Shown one piece after another: positions 25,375 to 28,067 of a stretch of 28,067 bases of DNA. A program made the translations under genes and the position numbers. Under the pieces are notes generated by a model that saw nothing but the letters and a program-made list of their open reading frames with translations, made no database searches and had not been told where the DNA came from. Numbering within the stretch: the first letter of the stretch is position 1; every line of letters starts with the position of its first letter. The stretch is from contig PEZH01000010.1 in assembly GCA_002774085.1 (NCBI GenBank), positions 1 through 28,067 of the forward strand, written 5' to 3'. The DNA comes from Candidatus Shapirobacteria bacterium CG09_land_8_20_14_0_10_38_17. GTDB taxonomy: Bacteria; Patescibacteriota; Microgenomatia; 0-14-0-10-38-17.

Positions 25375-27042
25375 ATGAAAGGGTGGAAACTGATTGTTTT
25401 GGTTTCGATAACAGTAGTCTTTTTTTTATTCCAAGAAAGCGATCCGCCAGCTGGCGGACCAACCCTGGTTGGAGATGAAGCGATATCAATGAACGCGCGA
25501 AGCGCGACACAAAGCGGAACACAAAACCCCGACCGTAAGGTCATGGGTTTTTTATTTCCTTCTTTTATTTTAGCCCAAGATAAGGCGCAACTTAATGTTG
25601 TTTCTGTCATAGATAGAACTTTTTATGGTAATCAATGTAATCAATCGGAATGGATGTGGTTGTGCCAGGTTAACAATGCCAAAGTAGCTGCTTTAGGCGA
25701 AAAAGACGGTTGGGAATTTTTTTCTGACGATCTTTTTGATTCTGGCCAAAATCAGTGGATAGAGTTAATTTTTTTACCTTACGAGGGAGAGGTTGATGCA
25801 TCAGACCTTTCTTTATTCTTAAGGATGGTCGGGGGTAATATTGGTTTGGGCCATTTAGAGGTTTTGGTGGGAGAAAATTGGGAAAGGGTTTTGGGCAAAG
25901 AGGGCAGTGATTGGCATATTTTTGGGGGTGATTCCTCCTGGAATGAACAGATTGATTTGCTGGCTGTTTTAGGAGACAAAATAACGGAAGAGATAAAAAA
26001 AGGTTTAAAACTACGTATTCAGGCAGTTCCTTTTTATGCAATAAATGATAAAATTTTATTAGCGATTGATCAGTTAGTATTATCAGTTGGCTATTCGGAT
26101 AAGGTAGAAGTTACTCCCACCTTGGTTTCAGCAACCTTGACACCTACCTTAGTATTAACTTCCGTCCCTACTCCTACGCCCACCATTACGCCTACACCTA
26201 CCCCTACGCCTACCCCAACGCCCACCCCGTCCGATCAAGAAAAACCTAAAATTTCCTGGTTAAATCCAACCGAAAATGAGGTGGTTTTTGGTAAAGTGGC
26301 CTTAAAAGTTGATATTAGTGATAATTTAAACGATATTGATGAAGAAATTTATCCTCAATTTTTTTATCGTCCTTTTGGCCAGGGGTATTGGCAGGTGATT
26401 GATAATAAAATTTGGCAAACTCAAAATATTCCTCTGGGTGATTATCAATTACGATCAAGGGTTTGTGACCGGGCGGGTAATGAGAAATTAGAGGAAATTA
26501 ATATTGGTGTAGGGGCGGTAATCTTTAATGTGTTTCTTAATGAGAGATTATTGTCTTGGAGTACCGACCGGCCAACTATCGGTCGGATTATTTATGATCG
26601 TCTTTCTCATCAAAATGTTAACCCTAATTATCCTAATTTCAGTTATGCCTGGTCTAGTGGTGAAGTAGATAATGAAAAAATAACCAGTCATCAGTTTGCT
26701 ATTCCTCCTTTGCCGTCGGGAAAATATTTTTATCGTATTTTAGCCTTTGGTTCGCCCGTGTCTTACACTCCTGAATATTCTTTTGAGACCGATAATCTTT
26801 TATCTTTTGCCAATGATGAAGATAGGGAAGATGAATCTTCAATTTTGGGATTGGTGGTTAGCGTCACTCCAGCGGTTGAAGTTGAGGATGTAAAGGTAGA
26901 AGAAAAAACTAAAGAGCGCTTTGGCTTAGATAAAAGGCGACTTTTAGTTTTAGTAGCAGTTGGCCTTCTCTCCAGTTTGGGGATTTTCTATTTGACAAAA
27001 AATAAGAAAAAGACTTTAATGAGAAGCAATGAGAAACGGTAG
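25375..27042 (+). CDS. surface protein with (TP)n linker, Ig-like and FN3-like domains, C-terminal TM; signal peptide interrupted in frame by a 126-bp element
   Basis: TTGACA-18-TACACT upstream; (TP)n run; KPKISWLNP..VALKVDISD (Ig-like); LSWSTDRP...YFYRILA (FN3-like); C-terminal LLVLVAVGLLSSLGIFYL plus basic tail. Confidence 0.8.
   Translation: MKGWKLIVLVSITVVFFLFQESDPPAGGPTLVGDEAISMNARSATQSGTQNPDRKVMGFLFPSFILAQDKAQLNVVSVIDRTFYGNQCNQSEWMWLCQVNNAKVAALGEKDGWEFFSDDLFDSGQNQWIELIFLPYEGEVDASDLSLFLRMVGGNIGLGHLEVLVGENWERVLGKEGSDWHIFGGDSSWNEQIDLLAVLGDKITEEIKKGLKLRIQAVPFYAINDKILLAIDQLVLSVGYSDKVEVTPTLVSATLTPTLVLTSVPTPTPTITPTPTPTPTPTPTPSDQEKPKISWLNPTENEVVFGKVALKVDISDNLNDIDEEIYPQFFYRPFGQGYWQVIDNKIWQTQNIPLGDYQLRSRVCDRAGNEKLEEINIGVGAVIFNVFLNERLLSWSTDRPTIGRIIYDRLSHQNVNPNYPNFSYAWSSGEVDNEKITSHQFAIPPLPSGKYFYRILAFGSPVSYTPEYSFETDNLLSFANDEDREDESSILGLVVSVTPAVEVEDVKVEEKTKERFGLDKRRLLVLVAVGLLSSLGIFYLTKNKKKTLMRSNEKR
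25430..25555 (+). mobile_element. TTAT-bounded element, copy 3 (126 bp), inside a CDS
   Basis: TTAT 25426-25429 | tccaagaaagcga ... gggttttTTAT 25552-25555; carries the tccgccagctggcgga insert. Confidence 0.9.
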
Positions 27043-27901
27043 AGGAATTTGGTCTTTTTTTATTCCTGACCAGGATAATAATTATCGCGCTCGTTTTCTT
27101 CATCTTCCTGTTTTGTCGGCCTTTATTTTTTTCTTTCTTTTGGCCCAGACTTCAATTTCTCTTTTTGCCCTGTCAAGGCCGGCTGTTTTAGGTTATTCTT
27201 CTCAAATTACTCCGGAGGAAATTGTTGAATTGACCAATTTCGAGCGGGGGAAATATGGTTTATCACCCCTTTTACTAAATGCGTCTTTAAATGAAGCGGC
27301 GCGGCGGAAGGCGGCCGATATGTTTGCTTTTAGTTATTGGGCTCACAAATCTCCTTCTGGCCGAGATCCTTGGGATTTTTTTAGAGAGGTGGGATATGAT
27401 TATATTTATGCTGGTGAAAATCTTGCCCGTGATTTTTCTACTCCTGAAGCGGTGGTAGCGGCTTGGATGATGTCTTCTTCTCACAAAGATAACATTGTTA
27501 ATAACCAGTATCAGGAAATTGGTGTCGCGGTGGTTAATGGTACTCTTGAAGGAGTAGAAACAACATTGGTAGTTCAATTATTGGGAACGCCGGTTAATTC
27601 TCTGTCTGGGGTAAAAGAGTCTGGGGTAAAAGAAGAAATACCGGTTGTCTCTTCAGTTAGTGAAAAAGAGGTGCTTTTGCCTGCCCAAAGTCCTTCTTCA
27701 AAATCATTAAGTCCTCTTTTAATTACTAAACAGGTGGCGATTTTCATTTTGGGGGTTTTGTTGGGAGCGTTGTTGGTTGATAAAATAATTGTGGAGAGGA
27801 AGAAGGTGGCGCGGCTTTGCGGCGACAATTTAGCTCACATAAGTTTTTTAATAGCAATTTTAGTGACAATATTATTAGCAAGGTCGGGGATGATAATCTA
27901 A
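27029..27901 (+). CDS. CAP/SCP-domain membrane protein
   Basis: LTNFERGKYGLSPL..N..LNEAARRKAADM...YWAH...AGENLARDF...WMMSSSHKDNI...YQEIGVAV; N- and C-terminal TM segments. Confidence 0.92.
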   Translation: MRNGRGIWSFFIPDQDNNYRARFLHLPVLSAFIFFFLLAQTSISLFALSRPAVLGYSSQITPEEIVELTNFERGKYGLSPLLLNASLNEAARRKAADMFAFSYWAHKSPSGRDPWDFFREVGYDYIYAGENLARDFSTPEAVVAAWMMSSSHKDNIVNNQYQEIGVAVVNGTLEGVETTLVVQLLGTPVNSLSGVKESGVKEEIPVVSSVSEKEVLLPAQSPSSKSLSPLLITKQVAIFILGVLLGALLVDKIIVERKKVARLCGDNLAHISFLIAILVTILLARSGMII

Positions 27902-27912
27902 TAATAATTTAT

Positions 27913-28062
27913 TCCCAGAAAGCGATCCGCCAGCTGGCGGACCAGCCTCGCCGGCTAGGCGGGCCAACCGTCAGGCTGGAGATGAAGCGATATCAATAAA
28001 CGCGCGAAGCGCGACACAAAGCGGAGCACAAAAACCCGACCGTCAGGTCGTGAGTTTTTTAT
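27913..28062 (+). mobile_element. TTAT-bounded element, copy 4 (150 bp, two nested inserts)
   Basis: TTAT 27909-27912 | tcccagaaagcga, tccgccagctggcgga, ccagcctcgccggctaggcggg, core, ends TTAT 28059-28062. Confidence 0.88.
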
Positions 28063-28067
28063 TTCAA

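Noticed and set aside
25430-25555. Group I or II self-splicing intron
   Set aside because: Too short; no GUGYG 5' end, domain V or terminal G.
2805-27828. Short ORFs overlapping or antisense to long genes (e.g. 2805-3026, 7506-7736, 7893-8087, 12232-12471, 12813-12995, 14217-14408, 15195-15401, 15801-15992, 16493-16720, 17332-17541, 18088-18288, 20420-20605, 21581-21769, 21794-22072, 22610-22822, 22888-23106, 25353-25610, 25670-26041, 25779-25979, 26909-27103, 27287-27577, 27574-27828)
   Set aside because: Nested in well-supported genes, with no motifs or initiation signals.
27817-27999. 60-aa ORF crossing the CAP gene end and element copy 4
   Set aside because: Chimeric reading of the repeat with no independent support.
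1-28067. Window is a circular element or has terminal direct repeats
   Set aside because: The end copies differ at many positions and the content is chromosomal housekeeping; they are separate repeat copies, possibly assembly break points.

Overview
AT-rich bacterial chromosome segment, mostly + strand. It looks like a Patescibacteria/CPR genome of the Microgenomates type (inferred from gene content, short SecA and lineage-style membrane proteins; not database-confirmed). The housekeeping backbone is lon, tRNA-Glu(CTC), greA, lysS, serS, mtaB, secA, prfB, ftsE-ftsX plus a coiled-coil/C39-like hydrolase, and galE. It also carries HD hydrolases, a four-helix-bundle gene, an Atm1-like ABC exporter, a TrpR-like regulator and a cluster of Thr/Pro-rich surface proteins. 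The most striking content is several layers of tiny palindromic elements. (1) A 110-150 bp non-coding element occurs in 5 copies, bounded by TTAT at both ends, with AAAA-footed subterminal hairpins matching IS200/IS605 (HUH transposase) end geometry. One copy sits in frame inside a signal peptide, which is restored by exact removal. (2) 14-48 bp GC-rich micro-palindromes are inserted into that element, into intergenic DNA, and inside the secA and mtaB reading frames. (3) A roughly 59 bp two-hairpin REP/RPE-like unit has variable internal cargo. (4) Degenerate 7-mer and 9-mer arrays occur, one pair of which brackets the four-helix-bundle gene as inverted arms. The TrpR-like gene is flanked by three copies of an operator-like palindrome. 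No transposase, CRISPR array, cas gene or reverse transcriptase is present in the window.
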